Shown: positions 24,937 through 38,267 of the stretch, piece by piece
How positions within the stretch are numbered: the first letter of the stretch is position 1
Layout of the letters: every line of letters starts with the position of its first letter
From: Octopus sinensis
Taxonomy: Eukaryota
Reading direction: 5' to 3'
DNA: 64,000 nt
NCBI RefSeq assembly: GCF_006345805.1
Contig: NC_043004.1
Coordinates: 64,604,001-64,668,000, forward strand
Notes under the pieces: generated by a model
Database searches by the model: none
Seen by the model: only the letters and a program-made list of their open reading frames with translations
Told to the model about the DNA's origin: nothing
Position numbers and translations under genes: made by a program

Positions 24937-25695
24937 CAGTACTGGGTTAACCATAAAGCAAAATAAGCATGTGCTTAGGGCATCAAGGGAAACGGGGGCG
25001 CTACAGAAATGGTAAATGATTTTGAGGCTCAAAAGAAATCACTTTAAACTTGCTAAACTAATATTTAAAGTGGTTTATATGATTGGAAATATAATTTGAA
25101 AGTGTTCATGGCACCAAAGTGAGGATCTGATTAAAGACTTTGTAATTAAAAAAAGTCAGAGAAAACTTTTGAAATATAAACTTGGTTGTAAGTGGCACCT
25201 TGGGCAAGTGTCTTATAACATAGCCTTGGGCCAACCAAAGCCTTGTTAGTGGATTTGGTAGATGGAAACTGAAAGAACACCGTTGTATATATGTATGTGT
25301 GTATGTGTGTGTGTGTATGTACGTTTGTGTGTCGATGTTTGTCCCCCAACATCACTTCACAACCAATGCTGGTGTGTTTACGTTCCCGTAACTTTGTGGT
25401 TTGGCAAAAGAGACCGATAGAATAAGTACTAGGCTTACAAAGAATAAGTACTGGAGTCGATTTGCTCAACTAAAGGCAATGCTCCAGCATGGCCACAGTA
25501 AATGACTGAAACAAGTAAAAGAGTGAAAGAGTATATAAAAATAAGTATTATTTTCCGTCTTACTGTTTTGTTTCATTTTGAAAAATATAAATTTATTTTA
25601 GGGTTTGTTACTGTTTATATTTTCCATTACATATATATGGAGGCACCAAAATTTTTCAAGTGCTTAGGGCCTCTTTGGATCTAAATCCGGCCCAG
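24937..25695. mobile_element. Possible non-autonomous DNA transposon with a nested SINE-A (about 25185-25520, +)
   Basis: GTGCTTAGGGC direct repeats near both ends and a right end TAAATCCGGCCC. The left TIR is very decayed. The nested SINE-A itself is unambiguous. Confidence 0.35.
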
Positions 25696-25859
25696 GATGC
25701 ACTGTGTACCATGTGTCAGGTGTCAAAGTGCTTTCAGAGCAACATAAGATGAAGCGTTTTACTCAAGAACACAACACATCACCTGGTCTAGGAATTGAAG
25801 TCACAATCAGTAGATTGTGAGTGTAACACCGTAACCTCTAGGCCATTTGTCCTCAATAA

Positions 25860-26071
25860 TAATAATAATAATGATAATCCTTTCTACTAAAGGCACAAGG
25901 CCTCAAAATTTGGTGGGAGGGGACTAGTATTTCACTGGTACTTAATTTATCAAACCCAAAAGGATGAAAGGTAAAGTCAACCTTGGTTGCATTTGAACTC
26001 AGAATCTAGTGACAGGCAAAATACCACTAAGCATTTTGTCCAATGTGCTAACGATTCTGCCAGCTTCTGCC

Positions 26072-26072
<1 letters not shown>
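25860..26072 (-). mobile_element. Nin/Deu-domain SINE
   Basis: TCCTTTCTACTAAAGGCACAAGGCC...AAAGGATGAAAGG...TTTGAACTCAGAA...TTCTGCCAGC, with (AAT)n on both sides. Confidence 0.88.
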
Positions 26073-26105
<33 letters not shown>

Positions 26106-26119
26106 CAACAACAAAAATA

Positions 26120-26413
26120 ATAATCATTGCTCTGATATCACAATTATGCACAAAGATATACATGAATGGGCCACAATTGATGTCACTGAGTGTGAAGGTA
26201 GACAAATACCTGGATATAGCAAGCCACGTATGGGAAACACATTAAACAACAGTCAAAGTTACCTCTTTTGTTACCAGGACACCCAGAACAATTTCAAAGA
26301 ATCTGGATGCAATACCTAAGATCTTAAGCATGCCAGATATATTAGGGGGTGATGCACAAATGGCTGTGGTGCTTCAAACAGCTCCTGAGCTGGGGAAGGT
26401 GTTGTGCCTCTGA
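26120..26413 (+). mobile_element. R4/Dong-clade non-LTR retrotransposon 3' remnant (restriction-like endonuclease domain)
   Basis: SDITIMHKDIHEWATIDVT resembles the PD-(D/E)xK motif PDI.V.DK......IDV. After a frameshift it reads KVDKYLDIASHVWETH*TTVKVTSF...AQMAVVLQTAPELGKVLCL*, matching the R4/Dong C-terminal pattern as I recall it. Confidence 0.7.
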
Positions 26414-26736
26414 GCTGTGTGTTTGCAGGAGCTGAAGCATAATTACACGTTTCCTGACTATAAAAGATCTGTGTGTTAGAAAGCTATGACTTTAATTATG
26501 ATAGTATGATGTGTAGACACTCATACTCACATCCTATATATATATATAATTATTTATCTACGTGTGTGTCATTCACTCGTGAATTTCATCACACACAACA
26601 TGGACCAAATTTCTTCTTAAGAAAAAATATATATTCAAATAAATAAAACATAATATCATGAATAGCGATAGCGAAACCGGTCGATATATTAAAAATTATA
26701 TTAAAACTATGTAAGGGTGCGTATTTTCCAATTTCT

Positions 26737-26767
<31 letters not shown>

Positions 26768-26925
26768 TCACACACACTATACAATGCTAATATTTAAATC
26801 CTCAGAGATGTGTATACTCTATGGAATACCTGTTGAAAATCTTTGACACCCAAAAGGTTTGCTAAAATGTCAGATAAGCTTAGTGTGGTCATTATTATTG
26901 CTGGTGGTCGTGGCAGCAGTGTACG

Positions 26926-26967
<42 letters not shown>

Positions 26968-27824
26968 AGAGTTGAGTTAGTATATCTATGCCCAAGGTGT
27001 TTTTCTTTTTTATATATTTTTTAGAGTTCAGTGATGCTTCTATGTATATGTCAATAGTTCTATACGTATGAGTATGTGTGTACATATATATATATATATG
27101 GGTGTGTGTATGTATTTATACTTGTATATATGTGTGTATATGTATGTCTAAATGTATGTATATAAATATAACTATATCCTAGCAAATGTAGATGTGTGTG
27201 TGTGTATGAATGTAAATATTGATACATATGTGTAAATATATAACTGCACAGATATATGTGTGTATGTATGAATGTATGTATGTGTCTGTGTGTACAACTC
27301 TTGATCTTTCTGAATATATCTGTATACGTTCAACTCTGTATTCATGTGTGTATGTATTTGTCAGTAGATATATATGTCTGTAAGTATAACTCTAAGTGTT
27401 TCTGAATAGCTGTATCTGCTCAATTCTGTATTCGTGTGTGTGTATGTGTGTACACTTGTGTGTCTGGAATATAAAACAGCTCACATAAACCTCTGTGCAT
27501 TACTGAACAAAATGAAGCAAGGATAAATAACCGACAATAATCAATATTTATGAGATTTAGGTAAAGTGCACAAAACAACAATAACAACAACAACAACAAT
27601 AATACCGGTAACAACTATTTCTACTCATTAGATTTCAACACTAATGATAACAACAATGTTGGTGATGATGATGATGATTTTTAGCACAATAATATTGTTA
27701 ATAATAAAAATTTCTCACAAAATTACGAGGATTTTTTTAAGCATAATAATATTTATGTTGATAATAAGGACTTCAGGCATAATAATGATAATAATGATAA
27801 TGGTAATTTTTAAGTGATAATAAT

Positions 27825-28640
27825 ACTAATCCTTTTTATTACGGGCATGAGGACTGAAATTTTGAAGGAGGGCACTAGTCAATTAAATTGACCCCAGTGC
27901 TTCACTGGTAGTTATTATATCAACCCCGAAAAGATGAAAGACAAAACCAACATCAGTGGAATTTGAACTCAGAATGTAAGGACAGACAACATACCAGCAA
28001 TTCTGCTTGCTTGCCATTTTAATAATAATTATAATAATCCTTTCTACTGTAGGCACAAGGCCTGAAATGTGTGGGGAAGGAGACTAATCGATGGTATCTC
28101 CCTGCTACTTATTTTATCAACCCCAAAAGGATGAAAGGCAAAGTCAACCTTGGCAGAATTTGAACTCAGAACGCAGCGACAGGTGAAATAGCCCTATGCA
28201 TTTCATCCAATGTGCTAATGATTCTTCCAGCTAACTATCTTAATAATAATAATAATAATAATGGTTCTTTGTAAGGTGGTGAGCTGACAAAATTGTTAAC
28301 ATGCTGGGCAAAATATTAAGCAGCATTTTTGTCTGTCTTTATGTTCTGAGTTCAAATTTTACCAAGGCCAACTTTACCTTTTATCCTTTCAGGGTCAATA
28401 AAATAAGAACCGGTTGAGTGCCAGGGCCAATCTAACTGACTTAGCCTCTTCCCCAAAATTTCTGGCCTTGTGCCAACATTTGAACCCAATAATGATCCTT
28501 TCAACAGTAAGTGCAAAGTTTGAAAGTTTGAGGTAGGGGACTAATCGATTATGTCAACCCCAGTACTCGACTGGTACTTATTTTACTTACCATGAAAGGA
28601 TGCAAAGCAGAGTCAACCTTAGTAGAATTTGATCTTAGAA
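27825..28640. mobile_element. Cluster of four Nin/Deu-domain SINEs (-,-,+,-) in (AAT)n
   Basis: Copies at about 27825-28020, 28030-28250, 28270-28490 and 28490-28640. Confidence 0.85.
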
Positions 28641-28744
28641 CATACTAAAACTGGGGGGGGGGGGGCATTAACTGACTGACTGATACTTTATCAACTTCGA
28701 TGGAATAAAAGTCAATTTTACAAGAAAGGAATTTAGTTGAAGTG

Positions 28745-29300
28745 AAGGAGTGGCTTCCCAACCACATAGTTCCAAGTTCAGTCCTACTGCATGGAACCTT
28801 GGCCAAAATGTCTTCTGCTATAGCCTCAGGCTGACCAAAGCATTGTGAGTGGATTTGGTAGACAGAAACTGAAACAAGCCCGTCATATGTGACCACATGT
28901 GTATCGTTGGTGATTTTTTTTCCTCCGTCTTCCCTTCCTTGGATCTTTCCTTTTTCTATGTTTCTGACGAAGAGCTCCGCTCGAAACGTTAAATCCTCCT
29001 TCTTTCTTTTCTTTCCTGAGCATCCAATAACACTATACTTGTTCCACATCCTCGTCTTGTTGTGTTTTCGTGTTTGGATTAACTATATGTATATATATAT
29101 TTGTGTGTCTGTTCCCCCTCCATCGCTTTGACAACTGACGTTGGTGTGTTTACATCCCTGTGACTTAGCAGTTCAGCAAAAGAGCCGAACAGAATAACTA
29201 CTAGGCTTACAAAGAATAAGTTCTGTGGTCAATTTGTTCGACTAAAGGCAATGCCCCAGCATGGCCACAGTTAAATGACTGAAACAAGTAAAAGAATAAC
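28745..29300 (+). mobile_element. SINE-A interrupted by a Penelope-like insert at 28900-29090
   Basis: SINE head 28745-28890 and 3' half 29100-29300 flank an unrelated ~190-bp sequence located at the internal microsatellite. Confidence 0.85.
28960..28994 (+). ncRNA. Minimal type-I hammerhead ribozyme
   Basis: GTTT-CTGACGA-A-GAGC tcc GCTC-GAAA-CGTT-AAAT: intact core, 4-bp helix II, palindromic ACGT helix III, helix I GTTT/AAAT. Confidence 0.8.
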
Positions 29301-30544
29301 AGAATACATTTTTATGTGTGCATGGGTTTGTCTACGTAAACTGATGTATGAAGTTGCATCCCTTTGGGTCTAGACAGTAACTCAACCATGCAAGATAAAG
29401 AAATTGATATAAGTTACTGACTAAATTAAGTCCTAGGGTTGATATGATGGTCTAAAACCCTTGAAGGTGTCTCCTCAATTTGGCTTCAGTCCAATGACAG
29501 ATGCCAGGGAAAGAGTGAAATATGTATGAATATTCAGACATCCAAGCAAACAGGTATTTAGGAAGAAACACACAGATGCATACAAACATACATATACACA
29601 TACATATTTATATATATATTTATACACACACACTACACGCATGCATAGACAGATTGATTAGAAGATTTTTGAAATATAGAACAGCGTTTAATTGCGAATT
29701 ACCATTAATTGTTAATTGTTGTCTGGATATATATGTATAATTTCCACTAATTGGTACAGCTTATCTGTTTGTAAACAGCAAGTCACTTAAGAATATTGAA
29801 ATATTGTGTGTGTGCGCGTACACACACACACGCAGCTGTGCAGAGGGCTGCATTCTGCTGCACATGTGCCAAAGTCTTTTATCTCTTTATCTCTGCCATT
29901 AAGTGTCAAAAATTATTTGGTTGTGAGGTGAAGTAATGTTTTTTATTTGCATTTATTTTCCTGCTTTCTTTAAAGTTTCTATAAAAATCATATTCCAATA
30001 TCAACCACAGCACTTTATGTCTCTCTTCCTCTTTCCCTGCATAGTTGTTTACACAAACCTTCTCACCTATCTATCCCACAATCTAACTCTCTATACTCTT
30101 ATCTGTTCATCTATCTGCCTATCTCCATTTCCCTGTTTATCTATCTGCCTATCTTCCCGTTTGTCAGTCTGCCTATCTCCCTGTTTGTCTATCTGCCTGT
30201 CCCTGCTCATATATACCTCTACATACTCCTCTATACTTCTATCTATCTTATCTATCTGTCCCATCTCTATCTTATCTTTTCTTCCTCCCAGCCTATCCTT
30301 CTCAGTATCTATCTAGCTGTTCTTCTATATATCTATCTAAAAATTTGAGATATTGTGACAATAGTTATTGCCAAAATTAACACTTGCCAACAAAGAAGCA
30401 TGATCACTTTTCCTGCTAGATATAACAGCCAAAATATCCCTAAAGTCTAACTGTACCATCTTGAAAATGGAAAAAAACATGTTGCATAATGTACTCCGAG
30501 AAACACCATGTCTGAATAAAAATAGGTAGGGATAGTCAGACATG

Positions 30545-31315
30545 GGTCTACTGGATTAGAGCTAACCTAGGGTTAAACTACACCAGGTATAGACACATTG
30601 GATAAAATAGTCCTAGATACACTGTGTCTAAACAAAAGAAAGATAAGATGGTCACTGGTTGAGCACATTTGATCATAGGTTTGCTGGGTCTGGATTGACT
30701 GAGGGTTAAAAAAAAATCTCCTCAAGGACGGACACATTGGATAATGTATTCCTAGATACACTGCAGCAAGAAAAGTTATTGTATTATCATAGCTAGAATG
30801 TCTTCCATTATGAGTTTGTTTGATTAGAATTGATGTGGGCTCAAAAAAACAGCCACACAAAGGAAGACACATGGATTGATGTAGTCTTAGATACATTGTG
30901 CCAGTACAAAATGTAGGGTGGTCACTGCTAGAACACACTTGGTCATAGGTTTGTTGGATCAGGACTAACCAAGGTTTAAACAACCACACCAAAGCAGGAC
31001 ACATTGGCTAAAGTAATCCTAGAACACTTTTTATAATGAGTCAACTGGATCCGGATTGACCTAGGGTTAAACAAAACTACACAAGGAAAACACTTTGGAT
31101 AATGTAGTTCTTGTTAAAATACATCAGGGAAAATATGGGTCTACAGGATCAAGATTGTCCTAGGATCATAAAATCTGCATATAAGAAGCCACATTGGCTA
31201 ATATAGTCTAAGGTACACGGTGTCTGGAAAATAGAATTGTTGTATTGTCACATGTAGAACACCTTTTGCTCATGGGTTTCCTGGATTAGGATCTTGGTTG
31301 GTGCTAAACAACAAG
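30545..31315 (+). repeat. Degenerate tandem array (~6 units of 90-140 bp) derived from the 3' tail of SINE family C
   Basis: GACACATTGG-type anchors near 30592, 30731, 30864, 30999, 31089 and 31190. The unit resembles single-copy tails at about 40900-41030, 49850-49975 and 61020-61140 (-). Confidence 0.75.
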
Positions 31316-32049
31316 AACATAATGCTGACACCACCACCACCACCACCACTGCTGCTAGCAACAAGAACAACAATAGCAACACCACAATTATATAACCATA
31401 GAATGGATGAATGATGTAATGGAAGAATTAGTTTGAAGGTCAATAGATGATCTCTAAACATAATGTGGAAAATCAGCAGAGTGAGGGATGTGTTTAATAT
31501 AGAACAAAAATTAATCAATCAACATCATCACCATTATCATCATCAACGTCATCGTCATCACCATCTTCATCACCACCCCCATCAGCACTCTCTCCATTGT
31601 CATCTTTTCCCGTGTATCTACGTGCAGGTGCAGTTAAGAATAACAATGTGAAACAATAACTGTTTCTTGTGTAGGCTTGAATCCTGATATGTTAATGGAA
31701 TAGGAAGGTGTATGGGATGTGGTGGTATTCATGCATTCTTTCCCATTTCTCATGGTTGGTATCTAAATAGATATTGATTTCACTTGGCACATCACGGAAC
31801 CAGTTAATGTTGGAAAATAGCTGAATCAATAGAAAAAAGAAGTGACACCATTGATATTTATGGCGGCAAACTAGAGTTGTTAAAGTGGCAGAGAAAATGC
31901 CTTGTGGGGATTTCATTTGGATCTTTGCATTCTGAATTGAAATCTAGTTGAGAGATCAACTTTGCCTTCCATCATTCTGAGCTATACAAACAAACATACA
32001 CACAGAGATAGACAGACAGACAGACAGACAAACATACAGACAGACAGAT

Positions 32050-32270
32050 AACTTTCTTTATTGGCCACACAGGGTTGAACACAGAGGGGACAAATACAAA
32101 TGTAGAGCTTTTCTTTTCAAAAATGAAAAAAAATGGGGGGGGGGGATAAGAAAAAAAAAGTAAAATTCCAATCAAAAGGGATCGTGTATCACAGAAGAAT
32201 TTTTAAAATGTAAAAAGTAAGATTAGGTTTATCCGTGGGAAAAAAAAAGCCTATGGAAAAAACCACGTTA
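32050..32270 (-). mobile_element. Putative L1/Tx1-like 3' end with poly(A) signal
   Basis: Minus strand ends TTGTCCCTCTGTGTTCAACCCTGTGTGGCCAATAAAGAAA. Shorter relatives lie at about 23826, 24030, 59605 and 62045. The clade assignment is inference. Confidence 0.35.
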
Positions 32271-32469
32271 ACCTCAGGCAGAGAGGGAATAAACACATGG
32301 GAGCTAAGTGCTCTCTCTCTCTCTCTTTTTTGATTTATAGGATCATGCTGAAAGGGGTTTCCTCACTCACACACACCATCTTTGCTACATTCACCCACCT
32401 TTTTTTTTTAGATAGATAGATAAACAGACAGACAGATAGATTGGGATACAAGTCTACGGCAATGAACTT

Positions 32470-32870
32470 TGAAAAGTGCAAGAATGTCAGACAAGATACT
32501 TTTCCATGTATCTTCTGGATCTTTGCTTTCTGAGTTCATATCCCACTGAAGTCAACCTTGCTTTTCATCATTTTGGGATATTCTAGGGGTAAAGTACCAG
32601 TCTAGGTTAATGGACTAAGGAAATTTAAAACCTTCAAGCAATATTCTTTTCAACATTCTTCAGGCTTCTTTGCATTGTGAGTTAAAATGCCACTGAAGTC
32701 AATTTTACCTTTCATTTTTCTGAGGTGGATATAGAAATGGCTACCTTAAGACTCACTGACCTGGTTGAAATGTAAGAACCTCAAGACTCGATGCATTGCA
32801 GTATTTCTTTTGATTTATTGCATTTTAAGTTCAAATCTCACCAAGTTCATCTTTGCCTTTCATACATCGA
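32470..32870 (+). mobile_element. Three degenerate Nin/Deu SINE fragments
   Basis: Repeated TGAGTT(C/A)AAAT...AAGTCAA...CTTTCAT cores near 32530, 32680 and 32825. Confidence 0.65.
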
Positions 32871-32999
32871 AGACAGCATTTAAAATTCAAAGGGCCAGTT
32901 TTATCACACTCTATGTCATGCTAAACCTCCCTGAGGACTACATTAAGAGTATGCATGTCTGTTGAGTACTTAGTCACTTGCACATTACTGTATTTATTT

Positions 33000-33208
33000 T
33001 GAGATGTTCTGTGTTTCTATCAATTATATTAAATATAACAAAGAATTTAGTAAAAAAACTTAGTTATCATTCAGCTAGAGTTAGGAACATAGGAACATAA
33101 ATTGTGACTCAGGTTTGGTGGAAGATTTCATTCAAAACTTATGAAAACAAAACATTTGCACTCAGAGTCAGAGCCAGTTTCAGCCAGGTTGGTAACGAAA
33201 GGGTTAAC
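33000..33208 (-). mobile_element. End of a TTAA-flanked (piggyBac-like) non-autonomous element
   Basis: Minus strand begins TTAACCCTTTCGTTACC; the other end was not found. Confidence 0.35.
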
Positions 33209-35599
33209 CGATGGAATGCCATTTCTGGCTATAAATCATCAGTTATTCAATCAACTGAACTACCTGTTCATTGAATTAGCATATAAGTGGTTGAGTATTC
33301 CATAGACCTGTATATCCTTAACATAATCCTTAGGAAGAATCAGCAGGACAGAGTGTACGACAAGGCTGGAGTTTTGAATGAGGAATGAGAGTGACAATCC
33401 TTCTGCACTGCAGTTTCCATCCACAGAATTTCACTCACCATGCTTGAGTTAATTCAAGGCTATAGTAAAAGACACTTGCTCAAGATGCCATGGAATGAGA
33501 TTGAACTCATGATCCCCTGATTGCATAGCAACCTATTTAACCATTTAGCCATACTGCATCTATGATGATATTATCATTATGGTTAAGTTAATTAAAGTAA
33601 AACTAGTTCTGTGTCTCTAAAGACAAACATCTTGTTCCCTTGGGGTATTTTGGTTTTTCTTCTTAAGAATATATTAACAAACTACAATTTATCTCCAGTT
33701 TGTTGATGCCAACCATTTTCTAAAGACTGTGAAAACAACACTGGATCAAATTCTTTGATAAGAATGGCAATGCATCATTGTACAGTAGATCTGTCCAACC
33801 CACACAAGTTTGGAAAAACAGACCGTTCAAAAATAATAATAATAAAAATAACAACACTAAAAGATAAAGGTTTTTGTATGGCTTTCCACCAGTTCTTCCA
33901 ACTCTACAGCTCATATAATAGACAGTAATAATGATGACAATAATAATAATAATGATAATAATAATAATATAATAATAATAATGATAATGATGACAATAAT
34001 AATTTGCAATGTTTTTAAAAGTGAGGCCTTTAGGTTAGTTATAGAATGCTTTGTTTGGTTGGTCCTTTTGAATTTGGACCAGGATATCAATCAGGTTTTA
34101 TATGCCTAGCTTTCGTTGAATTAGGGACCCTAATGTACACACACAAAACTTTTATCTATGAAGTGTGTTGTGGTAGTGCTACTACCATAACTGCATTATT
34201 ACATTACACTGCTACCCAACACTAATACTACCACCAATAACAAAACCAACACAACTGCTGCTACTACCACCACCACCACCACTATACTACTACTACTACT
34301 ACTACAACTACTATTATCTGCTAGTATCACAATTATTTGTCTTTGCTGCTACTACAACTACCAACCCCACCACCAAAAGTACTACTGCCACTACCATTGA
34401 AAAGCAGCACCACCACACTCTAACACCAACACCACGCCGCCATCAAAACCACCAGCACCACCACCACAATACCACAACCGCCACCGCCAGCACCACAGCT
34501 CATATACAAATTAAACAACGACTTAAAGGAATTAATTTCTCGTTTGTTGTGTTTGTAAATATTAGTCTCAATTGTTATTATCATTATTATTATTGTTGTT
34601 GTTGTACTTGTTATTGTTGTTGTTGCCATTGTCAACAGAGAATTACAATTAAGTTGTTAGTTAACGACCAACGTTAGTGTTTTAATTGACTTAGATAACT
34701 TGTCCGCTTATAACGAGGTACGAGGAGCGGAAGTGTGTGGTGCAGCTATCTTTGTGTATGTGCTTTGATGTGTGTGTGTGTCTGTGTTTATGTTCCAGTA
34801 TGTGTGTATGTGTGCTTTGGTGTGTGCGTGTACATGTGAACTTCAATGTGAATATGTGAGTATTTCTGCTTTGGTCTATGCTTATGTACTTCAATATGTA
34901 TGTATTTTGGTATGTGTGTATATGTATGTATGTATGTATACTTTAGTGTGTGTATGTGTGGGTGATGTTATGATGGACATCAAACTCAGAGTCAATTCAT
35001 GTATTGATCCACACATTTTAATTAACCAATAATATCAAAATTAAGACTGGAAACCCACCTCAACCACTAACACCACTGAAGCCACCACTACCACCACCAC
35101 TCTGACCTCGCTTATTATTGCTGTTACAAAGGAAGAGCAGGTGGTGGTGGGGGTGGCAAACTTTATATTTATATTTATTCTTTATTTGTTTTTGTTTTGT
35201 TTTTATGTTTTTATTTGCATATTTACGTCTTTTGTTATTCAGCTCAGACCTTTTAACCATTTTTAAGTAAAAAAAAATTTAAAAAAAAAACAAACAAAGA
35301 ACTATGAAGCCTTAATTAATTTATGATTGCAAGACAATTGTTGGTTTTGCAGCTCTTGAAAGGAAGTTCTGTTTCTGATCAAATATTCTAACCATCATTT
35401 TCATTGACCTAACCATCATCACCATTGTTGTCATAATCGTCATCGTCATATGACTTCTGTTATTGTCAACACCAGCAATGTCAATGATACTAAAATGTTT
35501 GAATATTAAACCACAAATTTATGGGTTCAAAAGCGCATGTGCATCATTAATTCTTTTCCAATCCAAATATCCATGTACTACTCTATACATATATACTAT

Positions 35600-36020
35600 C
35601 CGAGCGTGATCGTTGCCAGAGCAGCTAACTGGCTTCCGTGCCAGTGGAACGTAAAAGCACCATTCGAGCGTGATTGTTACCAGCATCACCTTACTGGCAC
35701 TTGTGCCAGTGGCACATGAAAAAACATTTGAGCAAGGTCGATGCCAGTGCCACTGGACTGGCTCCTGTGCAGGTGGCACGTAAAAAACACTATTTAAGCA
35801 ATGCCGTTGCCAGTACCACTTGACTGGCCATCGTGCCAGTGGCACATAAAAGCACCCACTACACTCTTGGAGTGGTTGGTGTTAGGAAGGGCATCCAGCC
35901 ATAGAAACTCTGCCAGATCAAAATTGGAGCCTGGTGCAGCCATCTGGTTCGCCAGTCCTCAGTCAAATCGTCCAACCCATGCTAGCATGGAAAGCAGACG
36001 TTAAACGATGATGATGATGA
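35600..36020 (+). mobile_element. RTE 3' UTR with internal ~65-bp tandem repeats and (GAT)n tail
   Basis: GTGCCAGTGGCAC-type units near 35639, 35703, 35767 and 35833, followed by the standard tail. Confidence 0.85.
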
Positions 36021-38075
36021 TAATGATGAAGTGTGTATGTGTGCGTGCGTGCATGCGTGTACGCGTGCATGTGTGTGTATGCAAGACTGGAAATAAAAGA
36101 GAGTCACTTGTATGACAGTAATGTTTGCTTACAACTCTCATGTGATCTCAAGACAAGGAGAGACAAACACATTTGCACACAAACACGTATGATGAACTTC
36201 TTTCAGTTTCCTTTTACTAAATACTTGCAAGACTTTAACCAGCTCAGGGCTAAAGTAGAAGACACATGCATATATTTTATATAGCATCTGTCATTTACCA
36301 CAGATTTTCACAATTCTGACTTCTTCAAATAAAATTGCAGAGAAGCAGCATAACAAAAATATTTTATAAACACATTAAAATTTGAGGAGTCGAAAGTCAA
36401 AGACTATTTTTTCTTTAAGTGGGAACAACCAATCAAATTGTGATGTACTGTTGATTGATCATATTTGGATGTTTTTGCAAATTTTTTACCTATATAGTGT
36501 TATATTGCTTCGTTGCTTGAATCGTTAGTACTGTCACATACATCAAACATTTCATTAGGACAGGTGATACTTTAGCCTCTAACAAAATACATACACTCTC
36601 TCCTTCATATATTGAGGATAGTTTTCCTCATTTGTAAACACAAATGTTTACCGATTCATATATCTCTTGCTTTACCTGAAGATCATTTCCAGACTGAAAC
36701 TCATGAGTGGTAATTATATAATGTTACATAGAAGTTTCACATTTTGTTATATCTTTTGTTTCTAACCTAAATATCGAGTCTGATACCTAAGTATTCAATA
36801 CACTCTTCTTTGTTTGTACTAACCATACTACTCCTATTACTGCTACTACTACTATTAATACTACGTATGTGCATACATTTCTATCTTATGCATTCCTCTT
36901 CCTACCCATTCCCATACACAAACATATACACTCACAGACTTTATATACATTAAACTAAATAAATTCGCAGAATAAACACTGAATATTGAAATTAAATCAA
37001 ACTATTCATACAATGTGTTATCATCATCACTATTCTCCCTCATCATTATCAACAGTAGCAGCAGGGGCAGCAACATCATCATCATCACCATACTTATCTC
37101 TGAAACTTATTCACCCGTTAAACTAACCGGAATCTGTTTGTCTAGACTATAAAACAGAAGCAATGATGTTAATAACTACAGCACCCAAGTCTTTGAAAAC
37201 TACACCACCCAACTATTTAAACATGCCATAATAATAACAATAATAATGATGATGATGATGATGATGATAATCACTAAATTAACAAAATAAAAAAAAAAGA
37301 AAGAAAATAATAATAAAATAAATGGGAAAAAATGGCCAAATGAGTTTGGCATCGAGACTTGAAGCTGCCATCTTTGCAACGTGAGATAATTCAAGATTCC
37401 ATTGATCTCTTACTTTCAGACTTTCGTTCAGAAAGTCAAAGTCAAAACACAGAATACCATTTTAATTAATACAAAGTTTAACAAAAGAAAACAAGAAAAG
37501 AAAAAAATTTTAAATTAATCTTTGTTTGGAAGCATTTTTTTTTGTTAGTTTTGCTGTTGTTTTCTTTCTTTTGTTTTTCTTAGGATTTTCTGAAACTTGT
37601 TTCAGAATTCCTATTATTATTATTATTATTAATTTAAATCTTAAATGAGATATTACACAAAATCTTAAATTAAATATTTCATTAAAAGGTGTCAGATGTT
37701 ATGCAATTAAGGTTAATGCCTCATAATTTGTTGTGTGTATCCTTTTGTTTGTTTGTTTCTACCTTGTTTATGTTTTATTTCAATATATAGCTTTTCTTTT
37801 TGTAGGTTTTGTTTTCACTTTTATTAACGTATATAATATTAATAGATGTACATATACAAACATTGAACTCATAAAAAGTTAGTTTTATTGCAAAACTAAT
37901 GAAGATGGCCCTCTGTCACCAGCCGTCAACCTTTTGTCTTGCAACATGGACTAGTTTTGTACAAGACAATTATTCCACGGACTGGGGGATCATGCACATA
38001 ATAAAACATCAAGTACATAATATATAATTCAATTATTACATATATAATACATTTATATTATATATATATATATAT

Positions 38076-38234
38076 ACTAGGAGTGGCTGTGTGGTAAGAA
38101 GCTTGCTTCCCAACCACATGGTTCCAAGTTCAGTCCCACTGCGTGGCACCTTGGGCAAGTGTTTTCTACTATAGCCTGAGGTCGATCAAAGCCTTGTGAG
38201 TGGATTTAGTAGACGGAAACTGAAAGAAGCCCAT

Positions 38235-38267
<33 letters not shown>

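Noticed and set aside
37330-37400. YY1-like AAGATGGCAG and short ORFs on both strands
   Set aside because: The ORFs run into low-complexity sequence or stop quickly, and the motif is imperfect.
37884-37981. Minus-strand terminal exon candidate (RGIIVLYKTSPCCKTKG*, AATAAA at 37884-37889)
   Set aside because: Short, weak polypyrimidine tract and no homology; such signals arise easily by chance in AT-rich DNA.
38076-38150. tRNA gene calls for SINE heads
   Set aside because: A/B boxes are present but there is no cloverleaf, and each head continues into a SINE body.
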